A DNA stretch of 41,135 bases from Octopus bimaculoides (GCF_001194135.2 NC_068989.1:13354354-13395488); one strand, 5' to 3'. Shown: positions 12,363-24,336, counted from the first letter of the stretch. Numbers and translations: made by a program. The notes: generated by a model from the letters alone, not told the origin.

Positions 12363-12754
12363 TGGAGGCACAATGGCCCAGTGGTTAGGGTAGCGGACTC
12401 GTGGTCATAGGATCACGGTTTCGATTCCCAAACCGGGCGTTGTGAGTGTTTATTGAGCGAAAACACCTAAAGCTCCACGAGGCTCCGGCAGGGGATGGTG
12501 GCGAACCCTGCTGTACTCTTTCACCACAACTTTCTCTCACTCTTACTTCCTGTTTCTGTCGTGCCTGTAATTCAAAGGGTCAGCCTTGCCACACTGTGTC
12601 ACGCTGAATATCCCCGAGAACTACGTTGAGGGTACACATGTCTGTGGAGTGCTCAGCCACTTGCACGTTAATTTCACGAGCAGGCTGTTCCGTTGATCGG
12701 ATCAACTAGAAGCCTCGTCGTCGTACGCGATGGAGTGCCAACAACAACAACAAC
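12363..12754 (+). mobile_element. Full-length tRNA-derived SINE family C with 11-bp TSD
   Basis: A-box tggcccagtgg, B-box gtttcgattcc, (CAA)n tail; TSD ggtgcaatatg at 12352-12362 and 12755-12765; closely similar second copy at 16919. Confidence 0.92.
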
Positions 12755-13119
12755 GGTGCAATATGGATGACGAATTGAGTGGGGAGCAATATTTCGGAAG
12801 TGACTGAATATGAAATCAGTTTCAAGCATCTGAGGTGACTGTAGTAGATGTAGAGAAAGAAAAAAGGACCTGGCAGCAAAAAAATAAATGACTAAAACTA
12901 ACAATTTTAGCATTTTTTTAAAGATTCAACTATGGTGGCAAACACCTACAATTCTTAACATCTCTGTGCAGTTAAGAGAAAAGACAAAGGTTAGAAGAGC
13001 TACTATTAGCCTGAGGAAAGAGTTCGCGTGCCGGGTTAGAAGAGTACTTTATTTTATATATTTTTGTGTGTGTATGTGTTCATTCAGTTCGTGTCATGTT
13101 CAATGGTGTCTCACTGTGT

Positions 13120-13526
13120 TCGTTGAAAACGCGCTTTGTTTCAACAAGACAATGCAAAGAAGCCGCATACCGCTAGAAAGACCAGCAACAAGATTGAAGA
13201 ATTGTGCTGTGTGGAAGGACAACCGCATCCACCCTTTAGTCCAGACGTTGCTCCATCTGACTGCGATCTCTTTCAATCAATGCAGCACTTTATGAAAGGT
13301 CGCCGAGTCATTAGAGTCATTCGATGAAGTTGAAGAAGCCTATCAAGAAATTTTCGATTCAAAGCAGGATTCGTACTTTGACCAAATCCGAAAGCCTGCA
13401 GATGGAAAATGATTGTGGAAAATGATGGTCTTTATTTTGAAGAATAGCTTTGTTGTTTTTGAATAAATTCCTGCATAAAAAATCGTTATTTTAACACGGT
13501 GCACGAAATTTTTCCTCAACCTAGTA
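13120..13526 (+). mobile_element. Tc1/mariner (mariner-like) transposase C-terminal remnant plus right TIR
   Basis: LFQQDNAKKPHTARKT...PHPPFSPDVAPSDCDLFQSMQHF, then after frameshifts FDEVEEAYQEIFDSK...WKMIVENDGLYFEE* (TAG at 13445-13447). The terminus ggtgcacgaaatttttcctcaacctag-TA reads in reverse as TA-CTAGGTTG, resembling mariner TIR starts. Confidence 0.9.
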
Positions 13527-13589
13527 TTAGAAATCAAAATAATACTATGTACAATATCACTAACATTCAAAATATTTTTTATGATTAAC

Positions 13590-13869
13590 ATTATAAACAT
13601 ATAGGGATCAGCAGGAGTTGCTTCACCAACATACTGAAAATTTAGAAATAGCAGTTAAAAACTACTAATTCTAACTACAATTGTAGCATAATTAACTAAT
13701 GGCAGGTTTGTTTTCGTTTATTTTCTCTTCCGTTTTGTTCTATGTGGGCCATAAATATCGCCATCCGTTGGAGAAAAATTGTAGTTAGAATTAGTAGTTT
13801 TTAACTGCTATTTCTAAATTTTCAGTAAGTTGGTGAAGCAATTCCTGCTGATCCCTATATGTTTATAAT
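13590..13869. repeat. Long inverted repeat: 93-bp arms with a 94-bp spacer (foldback/MITE-like)
   Basis: Arm 13590-13682 versus the reverse complement of 13777-13869 shows 2 mismatches in 93 bp by manual alignment. Confidence 0.95.
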
Positions 13870-14477
13870 TATAAATGGTTTACCGATGAAGGTTTTATTG
13901 CATACTGAACTACTTGGCAAAATTGTTAATTATTAATTTATTAATTAGTTGGCAATTCCCTGCCCTATATCTATATTATGATTAACGATAGCTTTACACT
14001 TCAGCTCATCTTTACATTCTTATTCTATAGAAAATTTAAACTTCTAAAGATAGAAGTATTTTGCTGAACTGGAGAACGGAAATATTCCTTAATTAATATC
14101 AACATAATTCCCTTTAGCAAATTACCATATATAACTAAGTAATACAGTGATATCACATGAACGCTGCAGTTTAGCGTGCGCAGCTGCATTGTGCATTTCA
14201 CTACGTTACAAAGACAGTATTCACAAATCGAGTGGCATGGCTCCTACGGTCAATGAGAATGATTTTAAGCGCTGTCATTTAAACATATCACCTTCTAATT
14301 TAGTCTTCAATACACACACAAATATGTAAATGAATACATGCATACTTTTACAATCTACTTTTGCTTGAGGGAACCAATGGAGGAAAATAAGTATCGTACA
14401 TACCTACATGCACATGCACACACATACATATAATATACACACACACATATATATGTATATACATATATATATATGTT

Positions 14478-14517
<40 letters not shown>

Positions 14518-15656
14518 TATANNNNNNNNNNNNNNNNNNNNNNNNNNNNNNNNNNNNNNNNNNNNNNNNNNNNNNNNNNNNNNNNNNNNNNNNNNNNNNN
14601 NNNNNNNNNNNNNNNNNNNNNNNNNNNNNNNNNNNNNNNNNNNNNNNNNNNNNNNNNNNNNNNNNNNNNNNNNNNNNNNNNNNNNNNNNNNNNNNNNNNN
14701 NNNNNNNNNNNNNNNNNNNNNNNNNNNNNNNNNNNNNNNNNNNNNNNNNNNNNNNNNNNNNNNNNNNNNNNNNNNNNNNNNNNNNNNNNNNNNNNNNNNN
14801 NNNNNNNNNNNNNNNNNNNNNNNNNNNNNNNNNNNNNNNNNNNNNNNNNNNNNNNNNNNNNNNNNNNNNNNNNNNNNNNNNNNNNNNNNNATATATGTAC
14901 ATATGACATGTACGCCTGTATATGTGTGCTTGTATGTAATAGTACATAAGCTATATATGTTATTGGCGATGTTGCAAATAATGCGATCAGTATTTATCAC
15001 CACCAAACTGAAGAAAATTCATAAAAGAAGCTGCGCATCGACTCGCTTTTCATTCCGACTAAATCGTGTATCATCCTTTTTAATCCTATATAATTTCCCG
15101 TCGGATGCATCATCCTTAGTAAAAGATTAAACAACGTCGATGATAGATATTTTTTAATCTCCGCAAGGTATGTACATAAACAACTTCTCGTGCAATGATT
15201 GATGAAAATCATATACAATTCGTTGACCATTCCATCACTCCCGAAGACATGGATTTTCAATATCTCCATAGTAACCGTTGCCACTCATAAAGTTCGAAGA
15301 TTTGCATGACTTCGTATGTTATCGGGTTAAGAGAGTACTGAAGTTTCCAAGAAAATCTTTAGAACGGAGAGAAAACATATTTCATTCAATTTTTTTATCA
15401 GAATACGTTATGATTCGTATAATATTTCTTCGAAATTTTTCTTCTGTTATAACCGTTATTTGCGTTGTTTGTTATGTTTTTCTCAGAGTATTTTGTAACA
15501 CTTGAGATACTTGCGTATCTCTCCTAACTCTTAGAGTCTTTCAGCGTTTCTGATATTTGTTTTGTTTTTTTTTGGTGGGGGGGTGGGGGGATATTTTATT
15601 GTGCTTTCAATGGAGAGGTTAGGAATACACATAGGTGAGAATACATAAACATTATA

Positions 15657-16062
15657 GGTGCAGGAGTGGCTGTGTGGTAAGTAGCTTGCTTACCAACCAC
15701 ATTGGTTCCGAGTTCAGTCTTACTTCATGGCACCTTAGGAAAGTGTCTTCTACTATAGCCTCGGGCTGACCAAAGCCTTGTGAGTGGATTTGGTAGACGG
15801 AAACTGAAAGAAGCCCGTCGTATATATGTATATGTATATATACATGTGTGTTTGTGTGTCTGTGTTTGTCCCCCCAACATCGCTTGACAACCGATGTTAG
15901 TGTGTTTACGTCCCCGTAACTTAGCGGTTCGGCAAAAGTGACCGATAGAATAAGTACTAGGCTTAAAAAGAATAAGTCCTGGGGTCGATTTGCTCGACTA
16001 AAGGCGGTGCTCCAGCATGGCCGTAGTCAAATGACTGAAACAAGTAAAAGAGTAAAAGAGTA
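15657..16062 (+). mobile_element. Full-length tRNA-derived SINE family B with an internal (TA)/(TG) microsatellite
   Basis: A-box-like tggctgtgtgg, B-box-like agttcagtc, internal tatatatgt...gtgtgt run and a (taaaagag) tail; homologous to the minus-strand copies at 24617 and 25932. Confidence 0.9.
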
Positions 16063-16461
16063 TCAATATCTCAGCGAGGATTCACGTACGTTTGTAGATT
16101 GAAGCTATATTTGATATATTTATTATTGATTTTTCATATTTTATTTCAGCCATTGCTTCCAAGCCTTCTATTTGTAAACGTAATTGGACCAAACCAAGAT
16201 TATAACTGGTACTTTTTCGATCTAAATTTGGTAACCCAATGTGCTCTGTAACGCATATGTATCCGCTAAATATTTTCTGATTTACACCATATTATCATTG
16301 AAAAAAAAAATAAATAAAGGGGACAAAAGTGATAATATATTCCTTGAGTTTACTTCAATTTACTTATACCGTCTGTTACAGCTGTGTATAGCTTATACTA
16401 AGGTGTTCGATTGGCAGAACAAACTCTTATAACAAATATATATTAAAATGAATAAATATAT

Positions 16462-16495
<34 letters not shown>

Positions 16496-16499
16496 CGTG

Positions 16500-16820
16500 T
16501 GATGATAGGAGGGAGAGAGGGAAGGAGGTGGAGGAAAATGCGTAGGAGAAGTCGAAAGAGAAGAAGTCGAAGGAGAAGAAGAGAAAGATGGAGGAGGAGA
16601 ATCGGAAGAAGAGGAGGAAGAAGAAGAAGAAGAAGAAGAAGAACAAGAAGAAGAACAAGAAGAAGAAGAAGAACAACAACAACAACAACAACAACAACNN
16701 NNNNNNNNAACAACAACAACAACAACAAGAAGAAGAAGAAGAAGAAGAAGAAGAAGAAGAAGAAGAAGAAGAAGAAGAAGAAGAAGAAGAAGAAGATGAT
16801 GATGATGATGATGATGATGA
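16500..16820. repeat. Compound purine-rich microsatellite (GGA/GAA/AAC/GAT) spanning a 10-N gap
   Basis: Direct reading: (GAA)n-(AAC)n-N10-(AAC)n-(GAA)n-(GAT)n. Confidence 0.9.
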
Positions 16821-16918
16821 AGTAAAGCGAGAAGTAGATACAGAGGACAGTATTGCATATTGCAAAATGGTTCATTCAGTCGTATGCTGGCGGTTTGTCA
16901 GCCAGTACAGACAGAACA

Positions 16919-17300
16919 GTGGAGGTGCAATGGCCCAGTGGTTATGGCAGCGGCCTCGCGGTCATAGGATCGCAGTTTCGATTCCCAGACCGGGCGTTGT
17001 GAGTTTTTATTGAGCGAAAAAAACCTAAAGCTCCACGAGACTCCGGCAGGGGATGGTGGCGAACCCTGCTGTACTCTTCCACCACAACTTTCTCTCACTC
17101 TTTTTTCCTGTTTCTGTTGCACCTGTATTTCAAAGGGTCAGCCTTGTCACACTCTGTTACGCTGAATTTCCCCGAGAACTACGTTAAGGGTACACGTTTC
17201 TGTGGAGTGCTCAGCCACTTGCACGTTAATTTCACGAGCAGGCTGTTCCGTTGATCGGATCAACTGGAACCCTCGACGTCGTTAAGCGACGGAGTGCCAA
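16919..17300 (+). mobile_element. Full-length tRNA-derived SINE family C with 12-bp TSD
   Basis: Colinear with 12363-12754; TSD acagacagaaca at 16907-16918 and 17303-17314. Confidence 0.92.
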
Positions 17301-18478
17301 GGACAGACAGAACAATTGTTACCAAAACTCGTCCGATGGAAGACGATGTATTTGACCACACAGCGACATTAATCTGCTACGACTCTAAGTGAAAAGAACT
17401 ATTAAATAGATAACTAGACAATTTTCTCGAGTCAAGTGATGAGGTTGTTAATGATGTATGCTGAGAGGAGTCCTAATTATGACCTTAGTGTGTATCGCCA
17501 CTGGGAGAAACATACATGTCAGAAAAGTATAAGACAAACGTATACACACACACACTCACACACGCATACCCACACACGCTCACATACGTGCATAAATAAA
17601 TGCAAACAAATATACATACATACGAACTTACATAGATACGTACATACATACATGCACACACCCATATGCATATTTACATACATACACACATACATACATA
17701 CATACATAGATACATACACATGTACTAACACACCGGTGTATGTATCTATGTATCAGGGACATGCCACCTAGGTAGGCAAGGTGTGTATGTATGTATGTAT
17801 GTATGTATGCATGTACGCATGTATGTATGTATGTACTGTATATACATACATGTATGTATTCAACGAGAGAGAGAGAGAGAGAGAGAGTGAGTGAGTGAGT
17901 GAGAGGGAGAGGGAGAGGGATAGAGAGAAATATGTATATATATTCGTTCGTCAGTCTGACAACTTCAGTGTTTATGTGGTCGCATTCTGCTTTGACGTAG
18001 ATATTAGAATATATACGTCATTATTATGCATAAGTAATATCGCTGTTGGCATAAACAAAACGAATACGTTTCTCGATCATATAGATATCCCTTATTACTC
18101 TTGAGCATTAAAAACTGGTTTGAAGGAAATATATCTGTTATATTTGCATCAACAATGACAACAGTATATAAAATTGCTCCGAAGAACTTAGAGGAGCAAG
18201 TGGAAATAAAGAATAAAACGTAAGTGCATAGGATTTAAAGAAAACATATTTGTCTTATCCGGACAGATTGGTATATTATTATATATGTGTTTATGTGTGT
18301 GCGTGCGCGCGTGTGTGTGTGTGTACGCGCGCATGTGTGTTTGTGTATGTGTCTATTTGTGTATGCACGTGTTGTATATACACATACACACATATAAACA
18401 TATATACATATACATATATTGATATATATATATATATTTTATATTTATATATATATATATATATATATNNNNNNNNNN

Positions 18479-18514
<36 letters not shown>

Positions 18515-19401
18515 AGAGAGAGAGAGGGAGGGTGAGAGATACATATAAAAGAGAGTAGGGGAGCGAGCGAGAGCTACATCCGGACATACACAAATGTTTA
18601 TACATACATATTACAAAAATATAATTGAAGTAACAGTAAAAAAAAATTTCGATGTTAGGATTCAGTCTTTATGTTTTTTTTTAATACTGACTACAATGTA
18701 CAATGTATGCATACACCTGTCAAAAGCCTTGATTAAATATATAGCAGCGCAAGCTACGTCGCCTTTGGGTGTTATTCCTATTTTTCATCATTTTTTTCAT
18801 TTTTTTTTTTATATACTTTGATTTGCCAAGGACAAAAAAAGTTATTATTATGCGATGCAATTCATTTTGGCAGCATTTTATCGTAAAGTTTTTTGTATCT
18901 TCTGCGATACTGGTTTTAAAACAATATTCCAGATATATTTTATCTAAACTATGGAAAAATTAAATTGGAAATTACTTGTAGTTTCCCTAGATACACCTGA
19001 ATCCTAGCTATCTGTACTTCAATTTTGATTTTCTCTCTTTCTCTCGCTTTTATAAGTTATCATATTTTTTTTAATATTTGTGGAGTGAAGGACCTACGAG
19101 AGTGGATGGTAACAGTTATCTTTGAGTTTAAAAAATACAGTTTTCACTAAGTGCGTGAATATCTAACGTTAAAACATAGTTTGAGTGCATGTGTTTATAT
19201 AATATATATACACAATGTATCGCTGATTCTTTTCTTGTTTTTTTCCGAGATAATTATTTAATTTTCTTGCTATCTCTTTCTTTCGCTGTCTCTCTTTACT
19301 TCTCATTCTCTTCTTCTCCCCCTATAGACTGCATAGCATCAGCATTATAAAGCATATGTTCCCCCACTTCTCTTGTTTCACTTGTAATATATCTTCCTTA
19401 C

Positions 19402-19599
19402 AAGGCGGCGAGCTGGCAGAGATGTTAGCACGCCGGGCGAAATGCTTAGTGGTATTTCGTCTGTCTTTACGTTCTGAGTTCAAATTCCGCCGAGGTCGAC
19501 TTTGCCTTTCATTCTTTCGGGGTCGATATATTAAGTACCAGTTGCGTACTGGAGTCGATCTAATCGACTTCCCCACCTCCCCAAAAATTTCGGACCTTC
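19402..19599 (+). mobile_element. tRNA-derived SINE family A copy
   Basis: aaggcggcgagctggcaga head, gagttcaaattcc B-box and gcctttcattctttcggggtcgata...aagtaccag central domain (resembles Deu/Nin-type SINE domains, from recall). Confidence 0.92.
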
Positions 19600-19994
19600 A
19601 AAAACAGGACAGTGGAGATATACAACAAGCCAAACGAAAACAAATGTGGAGAGCCGTTAGGCCAGAGTACGGTAGCGAACGCGGAAGAATATTGTCTTTG
19701 ACAAGAGACAAGAGAAAGCTTAGGTGAGGAGACAGATAGATAACAGTGAAGGGGAGAAAAAAGAAATAGAGAAAGGATGAGAGAGAACAGTGGTGGGTAG
19801 AGTCGCATCAAAATTATCAAGATGAACCTACTTGGAAATGGATGCGCGGCGTTCTATCATATAATAATATAAATTANNNNNNNNNNNNNNNNNNNNNNNN
19901 NNNNNNNNNNNNNNNNNNNNNNNNNNNNNNNNNNNNNNNNNNNNNNNNNNNNNNNNNNNNNNNNNNNNNNNNNNNNNNNNNNNNNNNNNNNNNN

Positions 19995-20033
<39 letters not shown>

Positions 20034-20669
20034 GATGTGTTCGTGTATATTAAATATTTTGCGAGATATTCAATGTATAATGATATTGGCTGTGTATCTC
20101 ATAGATCGGCCATTTCACTGTCAGAAATCGAATTATTTATAAGACTGGCTTTAATGTTTTATCTGTGTGTGTGTTTATGTGTGTGTGTGTGTGTGTACGT
20201 GTGCATCTTTATTTATATATACATACGCATATACATACGTCGTTTTATTCATTTTTTCTGTGAGGGACCCACTCATATATATATACACACTCATGCACGC
20301 AGAAGTTTTTCACTGTCTCACATTTTGAATATCAATGACACATTAGCTCACCAAATCACGTTCACACACGCCATACGCCCACTCACCCGCTCGCGTTGCG
20401 ATTTCTCTTCTTTTCTTCTCTTCCTCTTCTACTACTCTTTCCTCCCTTTCTATTCACACATCTGTCAAAAAGATTTTCTTTCCGTCCGCCATTACACCTC
20501 TACCATGCATATAATCCAACCCTTCCGAACCACACTTTTAAATTAAAACACTTCCAGCCTGTACCTTATGCATTTAATAAGGTAGACCCGAAACTGTTTC
20601 AGCAGCTTGCTGACCGGATCGTACTTGTAAATTAAAATGTAGAAGCTTATCAAATTCCCTGTCGCGATA

Positions 20670-20778
20670 GTTCCGCCTGAAAATTACTTTACGGGTCAAA
20701 GAGTCTGTAGTGTACTCAGCCACTCAGGAACAGTGTAATCGGATGATCAAACACAAATCCTCATCGTGGAACGACGGA
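20670..20778 (+). mobile_element. Old, diverged relative of the SINE family C 3' half
   Basis: gaaaattactttacgggtcaaagagtctgtagtgtactcagccact versus gagaactacgttaagggtacacgtttctgtggagtgctcagccact (family C); ends in ...aacgacgga like family C. Confidence 0.55.
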
Positions 20779-20878
20779 TATGGTCCACTATATACACCAC
20801 TTGATGTATTTTTTGCAGTTATAATACTTTTCTATACTTTTCTTCAACTACTTTAACGATAAAATATTTACACCATTT

Positions 20879-21312
20879 TACTCCACCAGGAGGATACGGC
20901 AAATGTCCTGGTCTCTCAGACGTATATATTTCGAATGTACTAGTTACCCCATATTACTCCACCAAGAGGATGGGGCCAATTTCCTGGTTTCTCTGACGTA
21001 TATATTCCGAATGTACTTGTTACTCCACATCATTCCACCAAGAAGATAGGGCCAATTTCCTGCTTTCTATGGCGTCTATATTCCCAATGTACAGGTAACT
21101 CCACATTCCTCCACCAGGAAGATAAGGTCAATTTCCTGGTTTCTCTGACATTTATCTTCCGAATGTACTGATTTTTCCACATTATTCCACCATAATAATA
21201 GGGCCATTTTCCTGGTTTCTCTGACATATATATTCCGAATGTACTGGTTACTCTACATTATTCCACCAGGAGGATAAGGACAATTTCCTGGTTTCTATGG
21301 CGAATATATTCC
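20879..21312. repeat. 76-bp minisatellite, about 5.7 diverged tandem copies
   Basis: Unit starts at 20879, 20955, 21031, 21107, 21183 and 21259 (exact 76-bp period); consensus core tccaccaggaggatagggccaatttcctggtttctctgacgtatatattccgaatgtac. Confidence 0.95.
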
Positions 21313-21495
21313 TTTTGCATGAGACGCCGGTTCATTGCACGATTACTCACTTTCACCTATTGAGTGGATTGGAGTGCCAGGAACTGAAATGTTTTTTTTT
21401 TCTCAAGAACTCAACGCATAGCCAGGTCCAGGAATCGAAATAGCTATCTTTCGTCGTGAATCCAAAACTCTAACCACTAAGCCATGCGTCTCCAC
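21313..21495 (-). mobile_element. tRNA-derived SINE family D (minus strand), with a second truncated head at about 21497-21530
   Basis: Reverse complement: gtggagacgcatggcttagtggttagag (A-box)...tttcgattcctgg (B-box)...aatccactcaa...gcaatgaaccggcgtctcatgc. A second atggcttagtgg head lies immediately upstream on the minus strand. Confidence 0.8.
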
Positions 21496-21590
21496 AACCC
21501 AACACACTATCCACTAAGCCATGAGCGTCCGAATCTATTTACTAAGAATAATTCATGCTATAACTTTCTTTTGCTTGCGTTAATATCGAA

Positions 21591-21700
21591 GTAAAAGACC
21601 CCCTTCTGTCAGGAATGACAATGGTATTGCACCTAGAAAGTTCCCCTCCAGGGCACATGTCCGGGCAAGGTTGGTATGCATACCAGCCTCCCCTCTCCGC
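21591..21700 (-). mobile_element. Retroposon 3'-tail fragment (SINE or RTE-like tail)
   Basis: gtaaaagaccccctt...gtattgcacctagaaagttcccctcc...ccgggcaaggttg...gcataccagcctcccctctcc resembles an octopus retroposon tail that I recall; there is no second copy in the window to confirm it. Confidence 0.45.
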
Positions 21701-22503
21701 ACCCCGTGCGATTTTGTACACTTTGGAAAATGGGCAGTAGATCCCTTCGAAGGACCGCAAGAGACTCGGGACCACTTCCACTGTCTTTATCGTGATATTT
21801 TACACATGAATCACGTTTTAGCTTTTATATCCATGCTGAAGTTTTTCTTCCTATAGGCAGATAGGCACACAAAAACTGACATCCTTTCTGACTGCCCTTT
21901 CTAGCATGTAAGGTGTCCTGTCAAATGTCACCTCTTTCCTGTATAAATACGTGAATTGTTTATATACTATTGTATATGAAAATATGTTATCTATTGACTT
22001 TATTACGAATGCTAGCCTCGAGTATGAACATTTTATTAAATTTCCTAACCTTATTATTTTCACAGTAAAATTTTCGTTGTTTCAAAGCCTTTCTGGTACG
22101 TTGGTTTAATTTATTATTTGCTGCCGAATGTAGCTGCGCTTGCGCGATGGATATGAAAATTATAATGTAGCACATGTGTTTTCAGTGATATTTGCCGCAT
22201 AAATATGCATTAATTTTAGCCCCCTCACTCAATAATTATGGATGGCAAATTATTTTATTTGCACATTCATACAGAAACTCGAGTATGAGAGTAACTACAA
22301 AGATATTTTTTATTTCCATTCCCTTTTAAATTGCTCTTATTCGTGGCTTCGGCTTTCACTGCCCTTCCTAGCATATATATAGCATGTATATATGCTTCCT
22401 AGCATATATACATGCTATATATATATATATATATATATGTATACATATACAAATATATATACTTACATATATATACATACATACACACACACACACACAC
22501 ACT

Positions 22504-22550
<47 letters not shown>

Positions 22551-22929
22551 TGTATGTATGTATGTATATATGTATGTATGTAAATGGATCATGCGGTTTA
22601 ACCAAAGGGCCATCAGCATATTTGGAGTGAAGACCAGCTCAACTAGTTCAGCCTTACATTGGAACATGCTGAAACAATTACGCTTTCCCAGCTGGTCTAC
22701 AATGTTATTTCTTTATGATCTTTTCCACAGCAAAACTAAAAATATTTATTTAACATATGGTGGAAAGAGACTTTAAAAGTTCAATAGATATAAATATTAT
22801 ACATAAATATGACTATGCTAAAAATATGGTTATTTAACATATGGCTGTATAAATTTAACACTCACACACACGCACACACACATATATACAATGTTTGTAT
22901 GCATGCATGTATCTATTTGTATGTATATG

Positions 22930-22976
<47 letters not shown>

Positions 22977-23577
22977 TTGATGAGAGAGAGAGGGGGAAAT
23001 TACGTAGGTATGTGCGTTGCTGTACTATTCACATGCCACGTCATTTCCATTTTTCTCTCTTTATGCCATCATGTCACAAGGTAACTTATGGTACATGTAA
23101 GAGGGGATGGCAATAAAGATGAAGTTAATATCTTATAATCGACGTAATTGCTGCATGATCAGCATTGAATTGCGGATAGAACACGAGATTGACAGATCAG
23201 GTGATTAGTTCATTCTAAGCACAAAAGCGCGTACGTTTTCTACAATGACGTAACACATGTAAATATCAATTTTTAAAGTTATCTCTACAGATTTTCTATA
23301 GAAATTAGAGCCTGCACTGCAAGTCACGACATTTCACATACGAAGACGTCTATGTAAGCTATGCGCTAGAAGACAGAAAATTATGTAATATGTGTACATA
23401 CATATTTCAGGAGTTCTTACTCTTTCTTCCGTATCGCATGCAAAAATATTAAGGTAATCCAATAAACCGGCCTTCCCAATTTTTTAATATATACAGGTCA
23501 ATATCTTGTGTGCTTCTTTCGGATTTATGATTTTTAGAGACGATATATATATATATAAAGCTAAATATATATATATT

Positions 23578-23627
<50 letters not shown>

Positions 23628-23637
23628 NNNNNNNNNN

Positions 23638-23716
<79 letters not shown>

Positions 23717-23987
23717 TATGTATGCGTGTATATATGTATGCATGTATGTATGTATGTATGCGTGTATGTATGTATGTATAATTACTTGATTGAGAGTACA
23801 TTTTTCTGTTGAAAATTTTTTTTTTTTTTAGTTTGTATATCTTTAACAGTTACCTCTGCTGGAAATAAGGTAAGGCTTTTGGTGTAGTGATGACTACCAG
23901 ATCGAAAAACAGGTCTTAANNNNNNNNNNNNNNNNNNNNNNNNNNNNNNNNNNNNNNNNNNNNNNNNNNNNNNNNNNNNNNNNNNNN

Positions 23988-24029
<42 letters not shown>

Positions 24030-24287
24030 GTTTGTGTGTGTGTGTATGTAAGTATGTATCTATGTATTTATGCAAATATCCGTGTGTGATACGATTTATC
24101 AAAATATTTCGTGGAATATATTCAGTGACGATAATATAACGATAATATTTGTGTTCATGTCCGAGTATTTATTGCCGATATAGTTGAAACCATAGCGCTT
24201 AGACGTTGATGTTGCTGCCGGGGATAGTCGGAAAGATATTGCTAGCTGTTCTCTATAATTATTCATCTGTGTCCCAACGTGCATATA

Positions 24288-24326
<39 letters not shown>

Positions 24327-24336
24327 NNNNNNNNNN

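Noticed and set aside
12363-12440. tRNA-like heads (also at 15657, 16919, 19402, 21495 and 37817)
   Set aside because: The A and B boxes belong to SINE heads that continue into repeat bodies; no complete cloverleaf is evident.
13030-15340. Similar 16-17-mers cgggttagaagagtact (13032) and cgggttaagagagtact (15323), considered as piggyBac-like ends
   Set aside because: Only one has TTAA, there is no partner TIR and no transposase, and the match is too short.
20879-21312. Regularly spaced repeats suggestive of a CRISPR array
   Set aside because: The whole 76-bp unit is repeated with no unique spacers, the context is eukaryotic, and there are no cas genes.
16600-23700. Mirror or duplicated microsatellite patterns across the 10-N gaps (16699, 18469, 23628)
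   Set aside because: Most simply explained as contig-overlap artefacts at placeholder gaps rather than biology.
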